Part shown: positions 1-13,170 of the stretch, in pieces | How positions within the stretch are numbered: position 1 is the first letter of the stretch | Layout: the number at the start of each line of letters is the position of its first letter | Origin: Eledone cirrhosa | Lineage: Eukaryota | DNA length: 64,000 nucleotides | Assembly (NCBI GenBank): GCA_964016885.1 | Contig: OZ024746.1 | Coordinates: forward strand, 92,566,001-92,630,000 | Reading direction: 5' to 3' | Notes under the pieces: model-generated | Database searches by the model: none | Told to the model about the DNA's origin: nothing | The model's input: the letters and a program-made list of their open reading frames with translations, nothing else | Made by a program: the position numbers and the translations under genes

Positions 1-847
1 GTCCAGCTGTAAAAAAACCTGCTAAACAAACAATTGGATGGACTCTTCAGTTGTGTTAAAGACACAATAACCCATCCCAACCCTTAGTGTTTGTGATCTA
101 CATACACCCAGCACACTCTGTAAATTGGTTGGTGAAAAGAAGAGAATCTAGCTGTAGAAAATCTGCCAAACAAAAGTATAGAACGAATCTTCAGCTGTGT
201 CCAAAACATGACAATCTCCCTAGGTGCCATCTGTTGAGTACAGGAATATAAGTGAGATGCAGGCCATCAGCCTATCTGATAGGTCAGTAACTTTACTTGA
301 CTGACTCAGTCTAACCCTTACTCTTTCTTCATCAGACCTATGTTATAGATGTTTCCTGGCAGATATTTAGGAAATGTCAGCATTCTAGACATGAACGTAT
401 AAAATGTCTGGCATGATAGTTTGTTGTCGTTTAGCCTCAGGTCAGCACTGACTCATCAGACCTATCCTCAAATGCATTCCAGCTATGACCATGCCTTCTT
501 TTTAAAATGGTAGGTTGTGAGAGATTTGGTCGCTATTTCCAGCACATTGAACAACCATATGAAAGCTCTCTTCATTGCCTTTTTTGGTTTTTGTAGAAAT
601 ACTGTGTAACTATCTTTATTGAGACACGAGGTCCTGAATTGAATAATGAAAATAAACCATTAGATCCTCATCAAACAATTGTTGTGGCATTGTCAACCAT
701 TACAAAGATGACAACCTTTCTAATATTAGTGCCATGTCAAATACACCAAGAACACTCTGTAAAGGGATTGGCTAATGAGCAGAGACAACATACGATAGAG
801 AAAACTGTTTATTTTAGTGAGGACATGACAACTACTATAGTGCTGCT

Positions 848-1051
848 GCCACATACACTCAATGGTGCCACATACACTCAGTGGTGTCACATACACTCAA
901 TGGTGCTACATACAGTCAGTGGCCCCACATACACTCAATAGTGCCACATACACTCAGTGGTGCCACATACACTCAATGGTGCCACATACACTCAATGGCG
1001 CCACATACACTCAATGGTGCCACATATAATACTCAGTGGTGCCACATACAC
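848..1051 (+). repeat. 19-bp minisatellite (GCCACATACACTCAATGGT), ~11 copies
   Basis: Direct tandem repetition; explains the repetitive ORFs 639..941 and 881..1087. Confidence 0.9.
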
Positions 1052-1481
1052 CCTGTTAAGTTGTTGGTGAAGGGCATCCAGTTATAGAAACGATGCCAAA
1101 AACTAAAGTAAGATGTCCTCTGTTAGAGCAACAACACTTCAGACCAAGATGACCCAACTTGTGACAAGTCACCTGAAAGCAGATATTGATGGTAATCATC
1201 ATCATGATGAAGGGGACAGCATTAGGAAGGTTGAGCGAGTTTATTATAAGCTTCATTACTGACTTATGGTAAAGGATTCTTTGAATATTAAATACATCAA
1301 GCTTAATTAAGATTCAATTGAAATTATTTAGGTTTTGACGACTTTGAATAAAATGACTTCAACTGAAAAATGTGTTGTTTGAACATATTATTGATTCTTT
1401 TATCACATAATTTTACTAGAATCACGAAAGCAATATATTATGTGTGAAATATTTAAAATATTTTATTGTATGTTACGACAG

Positions 1482-1543
1482 GTAGATTTATTGAGCTGTT
1501 CCATTGATAAAGTGTTCACATTTTTGGATTACATTCGAGGAGG
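1482..1543 (+). CDS. Copine exon (end of C2B / linker): VDLLSCSIDKVFTFLDYIRG(G)
   Basis: CAG acceptor ending 1481, GTAAGT donor at 1544; copine motif FLDYIxGG; ends phase 2 and joins the 10948 exon in frame. Earlier exons lie upstream of the window. Confidence 0.9.
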
Positions 1544-1743
1544 GTAAGTAGAGTTAATTCTAACTTTTAAGCATATTTCTGTCAATGGTTTTTGTTGGTG
1601 GTGGTCGTGGTGGTGGTGGTGGGGGACGTTGTTGGTGGTGGTGTGGGGGTGGGGGGAACGTTGGTGGTAGTGGTGGGCGACGTTGGTGGTGGTGCGGCGT
1701 AGTGGTGGTGGTGTTAGCTCAAAGACGACCATGATTGAACATA

Positions 1744-2900
1744 TCATCATCATTATCATCACTATTTAACGTTCATTTTTCCACACTAGCATGGGTTAGA
1801 CAAGTTATCCTGTTGTGAGCAATGCCAGGTGAGGTGACCATGTCTTGCTCATACAGAACCAATTTTGGTTTGGTTTCTACATCTGGATGCCCTTCCTAGC
1901 ACCAACCTCATTTACAGTGTGGGCTGGTTGCTTTTTGTCGTGTCACCAACATGACCATTTTAAAGAGTGGGTCGGAGGCTTCACTGGATGAATACTTTGT
2001 CCTTATGGGAGATGTATGGGAGTGGGTGGGGGTTGTGCATATTGTCTATATACTTCAGCTTCAGCGTGTGCCTATGGGATGTTGGGTCTTCTGTAACACC
2101 AGAGATCTCAGTCTTGTGTCATCACCTTTGAAAGGTGCAATTGGGTATGTTCAGCTTTAATCACCTCATCCTTAGTCTTCTTGGGTCTCCCCACTTCACG
2201 TCTTCCATCGACCTTGAGCGCGCTGCATCTTTTTACGCAGCTACCATCCTTCATACGCATCACATGTCCATGCCAATACAGTTTCCTCTCCTGCTCACTT
2301 TATCTGATTCCTTTTATGCCTAGTTTCTCTCTCAATTCATTTATGCTTGCCGTTCGCATATATTACTATTACACATCCATCGGAGCATGCAAGTTTCGTT
2401 TCTTTCCAATCTATGTAAGTCTTCTGCACACAACGCCCAGGTCTCACTACCATGTAACATTGCTGTTTGTCTGCCTTTCATTTTGAGGGAAAAGCCTTTT
2501 GTAGCTAGCAGTGGTAGTAGCTCCCTGAACTTCTTCCATCCCATTCTTACCCTGGTTACTGTACTTTCAGAACACCCACCTCCACTGTTAATTTGGTCAC
2601 CTAGGTAGCAGAAGCTATCTACTGTTTCTACAGAGCCCTACTAGAATTTGGTAGCACTTGTTCCCTGTGGTCATTTGCTGCTTACTGTCCCAGTACAACT
2701 GCTACATGTAAAACCTACACTCTTAACTAAGCTTCCTGAGATCCCACTACATCTTTTGTGTACCTATAGTTTGCATTTGAGGCAGCAGATGGAATTTCTA
2801 CCAACACTTTTCCTACATACTGAGCAAGGCCATTTCTCTGAGGGGATCTGGGTTCTGTTTTCTCTTCTATTTACTAGGATCTATGATGAAAACTATTCCA
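1744..2900 (-). mobile_element. RTE-type LINE 3' fragment (decayed RT C-terminus, 3' UTR, (ATG)n tail)
   Basis: Minus-strand peptides GWKKFRELLPLL, MLHGSETW and WHGHVMRM..GRPKKT typical of the RTE ORF C-terminus; ends in a CATCAT tract on +. Confidence 0.8.
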
Positions 2901-3056
2901 GTTATGAAAAATATTGTCTACCCCACCCCTCTGTTGAAGCATAGTGTACCTTAAATCACATAATTCAATGTGTCTTTTTTTTTTTAAAATCCCTCCTGCT
3001 ACCAAACAAACGTTACTCACCTCTGGTTCTACAATACAAGCTGTTTTAAAGTGTTT

Positions 3057-3460
3057 ATCATCATCAGGTCTTTTTCATCAGGTCCTTTTCATCACAGCAT
3101 CTCTCTACCCATCACATTCATTCATCATCAGCTCTAAGTTTCAGTGATTTGAGATCATCTCTCACCACTGCAGCTTCCTTCCTCCACTTCTTCACCCAGT
3201 GATCATTATCTATGTGCATCACATGCCCATACCATTGCAGTCTTCTATCTTGCACACCACTTCTGATTCCTCTTAAACCCAGTTTCTCCCTCAGTTCATT
3301 CAAGCTCTGCCATTCTCTCACATTAGCATTGCACATCCATGGCTACTTCATTTCTCTCCAGTCTCGCATATCCTCTGCAGTTACTACCCATGTCTCGCTA
3401 CCATGCAGCATTGCATTTCATACACAGACATCATACAGCCATCCTTTCGTTCATAAAGAG
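3057..3460 (-). mobile_element. RTE-type LINE fragment
   Basis: ORF 3118..3336: LNELREKLGLRGIR..RRLQWYGHVMH. Confidence 0.75.
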
Positions 3461-3959
3461 AAACTTTATTCTATCTGCAATGCTCTTGAAAAACCGTCCA
3501 TCATAATTTATGTAAGGACCTTTGTTATGTTCCATAGGCAGTGTCTTTCAATAGAAATATGGTATCAAAAGGGTTAAGATAGTAGGATGTGATTTGAGGA
3601 AGATTTGGCTGCCAACTCTAGCCAGTTGAGCTACCACTTATAGGCTACCTAGGTAGCTTTGAAAAAAGGTAGTGTTTTGTTATTTGTGTATGTCATGTCT
3701 GTTGTGAAAGACAAGCTTAGCTGATAGGAAATCCTGCAGTGTAGTTGACACAGAGATTGAACTAGATCTTTATTGTTTGATGCCAACAGAGAGAAAGAAT
3801 TCTATTTGGTATTGTGGTTAGAGTGTTGGACTCATGATCATGGTCGTGGGTTCAATTCCTCACCAGACAGCACATTGTGTTTTTGAGCAAGATCTTTCAT
3901 TTCACATTGGACAGCAAAGTATTTTGTATGCGACTCTAATGAGTCTGCCAATACACTAT

Positions 3960-4500
3960 AATAATGGTTTCTACTTTTTGGCACAAAGCCAGTAATTATG
4001 GCTGGTACTTTATTTTATCATTCCCATAGGCAAAGTTAACCTCGACGGGATTTGAACTCAGGTCGCAAAGGGACGTAACTCCATGATGTAAAGCATGGCA
4101 TCCAACACTCTACCGGTATTGCCAATCCACCACCAATACACTATAATAATTGTTTCTGCTTTTGGCACAAGGTACTTTATTTTATCGATCCCGTAAGGAT
4201 GAAAGGCAAAGTTAACCTCGGCGGGATTTGAACTCAGTTCGTAAAGGGACGTAACTGTGCTACAAAGCATGGCATCCGACCCTCTACCGATATTTGCCAA
4301 TCTACCTGAAAAATAATTGTTTCTAATTTTGGCACAAGGCCAGCAATTATCTCAGTGCATTACTGGTACTTTATTTTATCGACCTCGTAAGGATGAAAGG
4401 CAAAGTTAACCTTGTCGGGATTTGAACTCAGAATGGAAAGGGCCGTAACTCTATGCGTCAAAGCATGGCGTCCGATCCTCTACCGATACTACCAATCTAC
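3960..4500 (-). mobile_element. Three tandem tRNA-derived SINE copies (family A)
   Basis: Repeated body GGATTGGCAGTATCGGTAGAG...GAGTTCAAATCCC (A/B-box-like)...GCCTTTCATCCTTACGGGGTCGATAAAATAAAGTACC...GGCCTTGTGCCAAAAGTAGAAACAATT. Other copies at ~9778-10180, 11805-12020, 25180-25380, 34975-35090, 46838-47022, 58142-58311 and 62025-62212. Confidence 0.85.
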
Positions 4501-5259
4501 TGAAGTATATTAAGGTCTTGTTGATAATCATTAGCTTCTGAAATTAAAAGTAATTCTTGTTTATTTTTCAAGAGAAAAGTTATTTCTTTTTTTTTTTGTG
4601 TGAGTAATGTTAAAAATAGAAAATTTCTATGAGAAATTGCTGGAAATTTTAATGAAACAAACTGATTTTTCTTCCACTTCAAGAAATTCAATTTCTTTTC
4701 TATTACACTGCCCAACAACAAAAAAATGTTTAGTTGTCAAGAATATTTGAATGAATTTTTTGTATTTTGAAGTGCTGATTCTGAAAATGACTATTGTAAA
4801 CTTAACTCTAGTTTTTGTGGTGTTGGAAACCTTCCAAATAATCATCTTTGCCTCAATACAACCTACAGCTATTGACAGATAAAAGAGGATTAGATTTATC
4901 TTTTAATTTGTCAGCATTGTTTTTATCCAATCTAGTGTTAAATATAATTTGATCTTTAATTTGTAGCAAATACACTTTAAAAAAAAAAAAAATAAACAAC
5001 TTTGTTTAAAAAACATATGTTACTCATTTTGGAGTGAAACCTGTGGACCAAGATAAGTCTTAAGCTTTTCATAAGGTTTACAATATGTGCATAGAAAAGT
5101 GGAGAAGGTTTCAACTTCAGTGTACCTTTGGTGTATAAAAAGCCCCCAAACCAACACAATTATGGTTACATTTATGTTGTAAATGTGAAATGATTCAATC
5201 ACTACAAGAAAGGACGCTTTTTTTGTTTGAGCTCATTGTAATCATAAACACAGACAGCT

Positions 5260-5292
<33 letters not shown>

Positions 5293-5480
5293 GATTTCCA
5301 CATAGTTTCCACATTTCCATGTACTGTATTCCACTCAAAAAGCATTGGTTAGTCCAAGACTACAGAAGACAGTTTCTCAAGCTGCTAACCAGTGAATTCA
5401 AAGCCATAACCACATGGCTGTGAAGCAAATATCTTACAGCTATGCTTGAGTCTATACACATCATCATCATCATGTGTATG

Positions 5481-6593
5481 TGTAGCGAAATCTGTCTGCA
5501 CCTTGAACTTTGGGTGATACCTAAATGTTAAATTCTTGGTGTGGACAGGTTGGTGTTTTGACTGTCCCCTCAAGGTGGGGGACAGAGAGCGATAGTTATA
5601 TAAAGCCTGTGCTATTATCCCACTCAAGGAGATACATCGGAGCATTTACACCTATAACAAGCTATGTAAGGATTTACTGCTATCAATAGACCCAAAGGGT
5701 CTACAGACACAGAGATATCGAAGCGCTAAGATACACAACTAACTATGTGAAGATTCACCACTATTCAACAGACCCCATGAGGTCTACAGATACACCCAGA
5801 GCAATTGGAACCCTACTACAGAACACAAATGTGGAAGATTCACCACTGTCTGCAGGCCACGGTGGTTCACAGTTACTACAGAGCATTCAGAGATATACAA
5901 ACCATCTCTCTCTCTTACTAACACGGTCTAACAACTACTACCATGGACCCAAATTCCAACAACAATAACAATTATCTGTCGCTTGCTGTTTTCACACCAA
6001 CAACAACAACAGACTACAACAGCCTCACATCAGAAATAATAACAACCTTAACAACTCTTGGTAACTGTTTTATATGTACTTTTTAATTGATTCTCGTGAA
6101 GTAAACTATATATAACCAAATCATTTATTCTTTATATTCTTTATATAATTGTTATAACATTTATACTTATATACTTTGTTATTATCGTATCAACTAATAA
6201 CCACATCAAGAGCCCCTTCGGTCACGAATGACCATGGGATTTGCACCTAGAAAGTTTTCCTCCGAGGGACAAGTCCAGGCAAGGTTGTTTGTGGAAGACT
6301 GATAGTTGCCCATGCATACCAGCCTCCCCTCTCCATGCCACCGATGAGGTCCAAGGGAAAGGCAATGGCCGATACAGCTTGGCACCAGTGACGTCGCAAC
6401 TCATTTCTACAGCTGAGTAAACTGGAGCAACGTGAAATAAAGTGTCTTGCTCAAGGACACAACACATCACCCGGTCCGAGAATTGAACTCACAACCTTTC
6501 GATTGCAAGGCCAATGCTCTAACCACTAAACCATGCGCCTTCACAATAACCACATATAACCATTTTAACTCCTCATTTATACCTTTCGTTAAA
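5481..6593 (+). mobile_element. Solo-LTR-like insertion (TGTAGCG...CGTTAAA) with 4-bp TSD TATG, interrupted by a SINE
   Basis: TATG at 5477-5480 and 6594-6597; imperfect terminal inverted ends; TATATAAA near 5597; AT-rich 3' part. Confidence 0.55.
6207..6544 (-). mobile_element. tRNA-derived SINE (family B) with 11-bp TSD
   Basis: TSD AATAACCACAT at 6196-6206 and 6545-6555; tRNA-like head GGTTTAGTGGTTAGAGC..GAGTTCAATTC. Related copies at ~3810-3910, 13535-13830, 20100-20180, 50375-50660 and 57872-58019. Confidence 0.85.
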
Positions 6594-6868
6594 TATGTAT
6601 GTCCCACCGTGTATGGTGATAGGGCTGGTACCATAACAACAAAAACACCCTATTCACCTTGTAAGGGGTCAAACTGATGATACTATGAAAAAGAAACATT
6701 CCTCCCTGTAAGATGGTAGTGCTGGTGACATGTTCCCAGTCCATGCTGTAATATGGTTGGTGTTAGGAAAGACATCCAGTCTGAGAAACCAAGTTGAACT
6801 GATTTGTCTCATAACATGACAACCCATCAAACAAATGCAGGCATGGAAAATAGATGTTAAATGATGAT

Positions 6869-6925
<57 letters not shown>

Positions 6926-7839
6926 ATGCGTGTGTGTATGTGTGTGTGCATTTGTGTGTGTGTGTGAGTCTTTGATCATTTTCGGCCACATAATGTTCTT
7001 TGTAATGGCTAAGTGATGAGTCTTATTACTCTGGTGTTTCACGTGTGCTCACAGGATTATCAGACAATAGGATGCCACTTGCTCTTACACACCATCCTTT
7101 AAATGGTTGGTGTTTAGGAAGGGCTTTCAGCCATGGAGGTCCAGTAAGGGGTCTATGAGTACTACAGCTGCCTAGTCTCAGAACATAACAACATGTATAA
7201 CCCATGCCATAAATAAAGAACTCAGTCCACCCTGTCTAGTGGAAGTGCCATTAGAAATCAAACCCAGTACATGCTGTGAAGTGGTTGGCATTAGGAAAGG
7301 TTTGTAGCCATAGAAACCTTACCAAAGTAGAACATGTGAACAAGATAGAGTCATCTGACCTGGCCAGCATCATAATGTGACAGCTCATCCAACCCATGCA
7401 AACGTGGAAAATAAATGTAAAACCGTGATGATGGTACTGTATGTATGTATATGTATGTGTGTGAGTGTGTGTGTGTTGTTTTGTATTCAAAATAGATTTT
7501 TACTAGATGATAAAAATGCAAATGAAAAATTCTATTTTGTAAGTCCAAGTAATAGTTTACCATACCCAAAAAATCAAATTATTGACAGGTGTTGATCTGA
7601 TACTTTGGATTATAATCCTGTTTTTAGTTGTTAGAAACCAGATGGAGCTGAGTGATAAAAATTCCATCTACATTGACAGCTTGGCATTGCAAACTGGAAT
7701 AAATCAGTGGCTTTTAACATCAAATCACTGACCTAAAATTGACATCTAATATATCATTTTTATATGTGTTGGCTGAGGGGGGCCTCCTTTCATTATTTTT
7801 CCTATTATGCATCTGTCTATATACATACATATATATGTT

Positions 7840-7872
<33 letters not shown>

Positions 7873-8321
7873 GTATGTATATGTATGTATAAGTATGTGT
7901 GTATATATATAAGTATGTGTGTGTGTTTATCTATGATTTTCAGATCATTTTCTTCACGAATTGTTATTTATAAAATTATAAATAAAACAAAGTATTATGA
8001 ATAAGGTTTAAAATGGCAGGTCATGAGATAAGATTAACTTTATGTATTGTTTTTGAATACTTATATATGTATATATATATATATATATATCAAAAGTATG
8101 AGTGCAAACCAATCAAGAAGAAAAGATAGGAGATTAGTTGTGAGAATTATAAGCCAGTAGTGAAGAAGACAGTGTGCTCAATACATATTAAGTGCAAGAC
8201 AAGTGAACAATGAAAGTAAGAGAGAAAAATAAATGTCAAGCAAAAAGTGTAGAGGCAGAGCATTAATATAAAAATTAATTGTTAAAGAATACAGTACCAA
8301 ATTCTTGAACAAATATATTTA

Positions 8322-8450
8322 TTGGTTTACAATTGTTTCAGAAATCAGATCAAAATTCAGTTCATAAAAATAAAATTTATCAATTATATAATCGATAAAA
8401 ACAGATGATAATAAAACTGAACTAAGAACTGACCTCATCCTCAGAACCAA
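8322..8450 (-). ncRNA. Minimal type I hammerhead ribozyme motif
   Basis: Minus strand: TTGGTT-CTGAGGA-long stem II-GAAAC AATT GTA-AACCAA; stem I is a perfect 6 bp and loop III is palindromic. Confidence 0.75.
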
Positions 8451-9254
8451 AAAGAAAATAACTATAAGATTCAAATATACATGTCACTGATGATGGGGAC
8501 TGCATAAAACAGACAAACCATACCACTTATCAATGGAAGGACTGAAACAGAAGTAAAATACATTCCAAAATCAAAGAAGGCAGTTAAACGTTTAAATAAT
8601 GGAGGAATGATAAAACAGGAAATAAGCAGGTGTAAATAGCAAGGGGCATACATATGCAAATGAGATTAATCACCTCATTTACACAGATGAGAAAACTATA
8701 TATTCTCGCCTGTTTTCAAAGTCCAGCAGTTGCAAGAAAGGGAGGGATCTTCCTGATGGCACCAGTTCAGTTCAAAATGCATCAACAATTGTCCCCCTTG
8801 CTTCTGCAGGACACCACCAGGTGGCGATAGCTGCCGGTATTTTTGCATAGTTATAGCTCTCTCTCAATATATATATATTTATATTTATATATAATACAAA
8901 CGGAAAGAAAGAGAGAATAACGATTCATGACATTTTAGTTTTGTTGTATCTTGCTTCGTATTTTCAATTATATTGTAATAACTGTTCTACTTTTAAAAGA
9001 AGCCTATAAAATAAACCATTTTTGCCTAATGTCGGCTGTTCTGTGTTTCACAGTTATTCTATTATATAAAATAACTGAATCATTGCAGTTGAAGATGAAT
9101 CAACTGGATCCTGAATGTTACAAGACACAGGAGTTTGAACATGTCTTAATGGATTTCTACTTCATCTCTCTAACATCGCAAATGTGAATATAGAAAGCTT
9201 TTAATATGAAAACAACTGAAACTGCCTGTCATAAACCAGTGCTTAATTGTATTG

Positions 9255-9435
9255 TATGAGGGTCGACTGTAAAGGTCATAAGCTGACTATGAAGGAGCGA
9301 TGCTAAAGCTGTGAGATCTTGCATGCATTAATTTCAACTGCATTGTTTCTTTTCAGGGACTATGTTGAAAAATAAACCTCATTTGGTCATTCCATGAGAG
9401 TATCTTGGTCAACCAATGAACTTTTCAGCCGACCC
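9255..9435. mobile_element. Mariner-type MITE
   Basis: Imperfect TIRs TA-TGAGGGTCGACTGTAAAGGTCAT / ATGAACTTTTCAGCCGACCC; the right end is eroded. Confidence 0.6.
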
Positions 9436-10947
9436 CCACCCCAGCCCCAACCTTCTAATGAAATACACTGCCAACCCCCCACCCCAACCTTCTAATGAAA
9501 TACACTACCAACCCCCACCCCAACCCTGACTCCTATGTTCTTTTTTATTAATTTTGAAAATAACCAAACATTTGGAAGAATATAATTAAACTATATTTTT
9601 CCTTTGTCAGCTGATTTTTGGAACAATATTTTGTTCTAAAATCAAACTATGATGTAAGGTTTTTAATATGGGGATAAACATATAAAATGATGTTTTATAG
9701 CATAAATTTCTGGTCAGTTTCAGGTAGGTTCCTATCAAATGGCTTAGATAGCAGTTCTGGTGCCTATTATTTACCATGTGGATTGGCAGTAATCGGTAGA
9801 GTGTTGGACGCCATGCTTTCCAGCATAGTTACGTCCCTTTATGATCTGAGTTCAAATCCCGCCTAGGTTGACTTTGCCTTTCATCCTTACGGGGTCAATA
9901 AAATAAAGTATCAGTATTACACTGGGTAATTGCTGGCCTTGTGCCTAAAGTAGAAACAATTATTTAGCCTAAAGGCGATGGATTGGCAGAATCGGTAGAG
10001 TGTTGGACAGCATGTTAAGCAGCATAGAGTTACAGTCCTTTATATTCTCAGTTCAAATTTCGATAAAGTTAGCTTTACCTTTCATCCTTTCGGGGTCAAT
10101 AAAATAAAGTACAGTAACACACTGGAATTGATATAATCGACTTTCCTCTCTCCCAAGTTGTTGACCTTGTACCTAAATCAGGGGCCTAAGGCCCCTACTG
10201 ATCTAACATGTATGTAATCAAAGGCATTACAAATATAAGTAGTTTAGTTTGTCTTTTTCTTTTTGTAAGACATTGCATCTAGGACTGTATTGTCTGATGT
10301 ATCCAGTTTTTTTAAGATGTTAAGGTATAATATGAGGTAAATTTGGTTTCTATTTTTACCAAGTCATTTCTATAGACATTAGGGTGGCAGATAATATGCT
10401 GTGCTTGTTGTGATCTCAAATCAGGTTTACTGAGGTCAACTTTATCTTTCATCCTTTTGAAGTAAATAAAATAAAGTACCATTCCAGGCCAGTGGTAAGA
10501 TTATTAGAGCATCAGACAAGATGCCTTGTGGTATTTCTTCTGAATATTTTCATTGTGAATCTCATTGCTCAGTCCAGCACCAATACCAGATTTGGGAGAG
10601 GAGGGAGCACCTTTAATGGAGTCTACTCTGTTGTAAGAATTCACACCAGGTTTCTGGTTTATGGGATGACTTCTTTTACTTCTTTCCTCTCCCCAGTCTT
10701 GGAGGCCCTGAAAAATAAAGGGTCATGGGCACTGCCTTTTTTATCCCTGACTCAACAATAAAAATATTGTCAATCAACTATGTAGAGGCTCCGACAATGG
10801 CTTGGGGCAAAAGAAATAATTTAGATGCGATGAGATAATGAAACATGTGGTACATAGAATATCACTGAAGAGTCATGTGGTGAGATAATGAAACATGTGG
10901 TACATAGAATATCACTGAAGAATCATGTATTTTTTTATATTTTCCAG

Positions 10948-11100
10948 GACACAGATTCACTGTACATTTGCTGTAGACTTCACAGCATCAAATGGTAATC
11001 CAACAAGCCCCAGTTCACTACATTATATCAGCCCTTATAACCTTAATCCCTATGCTACATCTCTACACGCAGTCGGCAACATCATCCAAGATTATGATTC
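10948..11100 (+). CDS. Copine exon, vWA start: [50 protein letters not shown](S)
   Basis: TTTTCCAG acceptor, GTAAGT donor; 153 nt, phase 2-2; copine motifs DFTASNG, SLHY and QDYDS. Confidence 0.95.
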
Positions 11101-11408
11101 GTAAGTTTGTCTTCCTTTGTATTAATCTGATCAACAGTAAAATTTGTAATCTGAGAAAACTCAGCCTCAACAATTATAGGAGAGTTGAAAGACAATGAGA
11201 GAATGAGTAGAGAGACAATTGAGACACTTAACATAGTTATGGTTGCTCCAAACACCACCAACTTAAATAAAACATCTCTTCTAATAAATTGCTCTGTAAA
11301 ATATTTTAACTATATTTATATTTATTTGAGTAACTATGTTTTTTGGTGTGTTGTTTTTTTACACCTTTATTTCATGTTTAGAATTATCATATTCTCTTCT
11401 GTTTTCAG

Positions 11409-11484
11409 AGATAAGTTGTTTCCAGCACTAGGATTTGGTGCACGACTCCCACCAAATGGAGTTGTATCCCATGAATTTCCCCTG
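11409..11484 (+). CDS. Copine exon: DKLFPALGFGARLPPNGVVSHEFPL
   Basis: TTTTCAG / GTTTGT; phase 2-0; motif FPALGFGA..VSHEF. Confidence 0.95.
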
Positions 11485-12349
11485 GTTTGTCTACATTTCC
11501 TTTTCATTTTTATCATCATATCTCAGAATTGTTTCATTTTTTTACTGACTTTTTTTTTAGAAATGTCTTATTTATTAACTGACAAAACACTATCAATTGG
11601 GTTAATATGTTAAGCTGGCTCTAGTAGTTTATGTTTCTAAACAAGTCGATTTGGAACAGTAGGAATCAAAGTAACCTGTTTGATGCCAATCTACCTGAAA
11701 CTGCTTGTCATTCTTTGATACTTCACTGCTTAAAATGTTTATATTTATCAAAAAATCTTCCCGTCATAATGTTCAGCTTTGTTGTGTTCCAAACATTAGC
11801 TTAATAATGGTTTCTGATTTAGGCACAAGGCCAACAATTTTGGGGGAGGGGAAAGTCAATTAAATTGACCTCAGTGCGTTACTGGTACTTTATTTTATTG
11901 ACCCCATAAGAATGAAAGGCAAAGTGAACCTTGGCAGGATTTGAACTCAGAATGTAAAGAACTGGAACTTTATACTGCAAAGCATGTTGTCTGACGCCGA
12001 TACTGCCAATCTATCGCCCTAAACATTAGCTTAATGAGAATGTATTACTACTAAATTCCTCCAAATTCTCGATTGTTTTCAAAATTTTATTTGAAAACCA
12101 TAAGCTGTGTTTTTCATTAAAAATATGATAATGCAAATGGTAATCACTGAAAATTTTTAGAAAAGATAAAATGTGACTGGGTTAGGGTTGATTTTTCCTA
12201 AACCAATATCAATGTAAATGAAGTAAAATAACTGTCTTAGCTTGTTTGGAGAAAAACAATACAAGAAAGAAAGATTTCTTATTCAGAGTCTGGTACTCTG
12301 GTATTTATTTAATTTTGGAAATTTGGTAGTCTCAGGTCATAGATATGAG

Positions 12350-12580
12350 GATCAGTTGACAGTTCAGCCCCTTTCTCAACACAAATATCCAGATGTGATG
12401 ATCAGATGACAGCTCAACTCCTCTCTTAACACAAACATCCAGCACTGGATCAGATGACAACTGAACTCCTCTCTTAACACAAACATCCAGCACTCGATCA
12501 GATGACAGCTCAACTCTCTTAACACATACAGCACTGGATCAGATGACAGCTCTTAACTGTCAACTGATTCAGTGCTGGAA
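12350..12580 (+). repeat. Short ~48-bp tandem repeat (GATCAGATGACAGCTCAACTCCTCTCTTAACACAAACATCCAGCACTG)
   Basis: 4-5 degenerate copies followed by an inverted partial copy. Confidence 0.7.
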
Positions 12581-13042
12581 GTCTTGTACTCTCAGTCACG
12601 TAATGCCAAGGAAACCTGGATAAATACTGGTCTAATGAGCCTCTGGACTTGAAACAGACTTTAGATGTTAGACATTTAGTTGTGTGTTCTACACCAAATC
12701 TGGGGCTCTGGCTTTATTATATTTACTCTAAAAAAAATGATGTAATACGGTGGATGTAGCCTGATGAAATCCATCATTCCCATAGCAGTAATTAGTGCAG
12801 GTCAGTGGTTGTTTTGTTGGGATTGTTGGGACATGGTTTAGAAGGATGTGTGTAAATCAACTCTTCCTTGATCAGTTTGGGTCAAGTGAGTGAGATCAAA
12901 TGTTGGTTTATAGATTATAGTTTCTTGAATTTGTAGATGGCATTTGTTTGTTATCATCATCATCAACATCATCATTTAACATCTATTTTCTACGCTAGTA
13001 TATATATTTATGTATATATATATACTTTTTCTTTCTTTCAAG

Positions 13043-13170
13043 AATGGAACAATTGAAAACCCTTTTTGTGAAGGAATTCAAGGTGTGATAGATGCTTACC
13101 ATCGGACCCTTAATTCCGTACAACTTTATGGTCCAACTAATTTCGCTCCATGCATCAATTATGTTGCCAG
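13043..13170 (+). CDS. Copine exon: [42 protein letters not shown](R)
   Basis: AG acceptor 13041-42, GTAAGT donor; phase 0-2; motif VQLYGPTNF. Confidence 0.95.

Noticed and set aside
3960-4500. tRNA genes
   Set aside because: A/B-box-like heads continue into SINE bodies; no full cloverleaf or acceptor stem.
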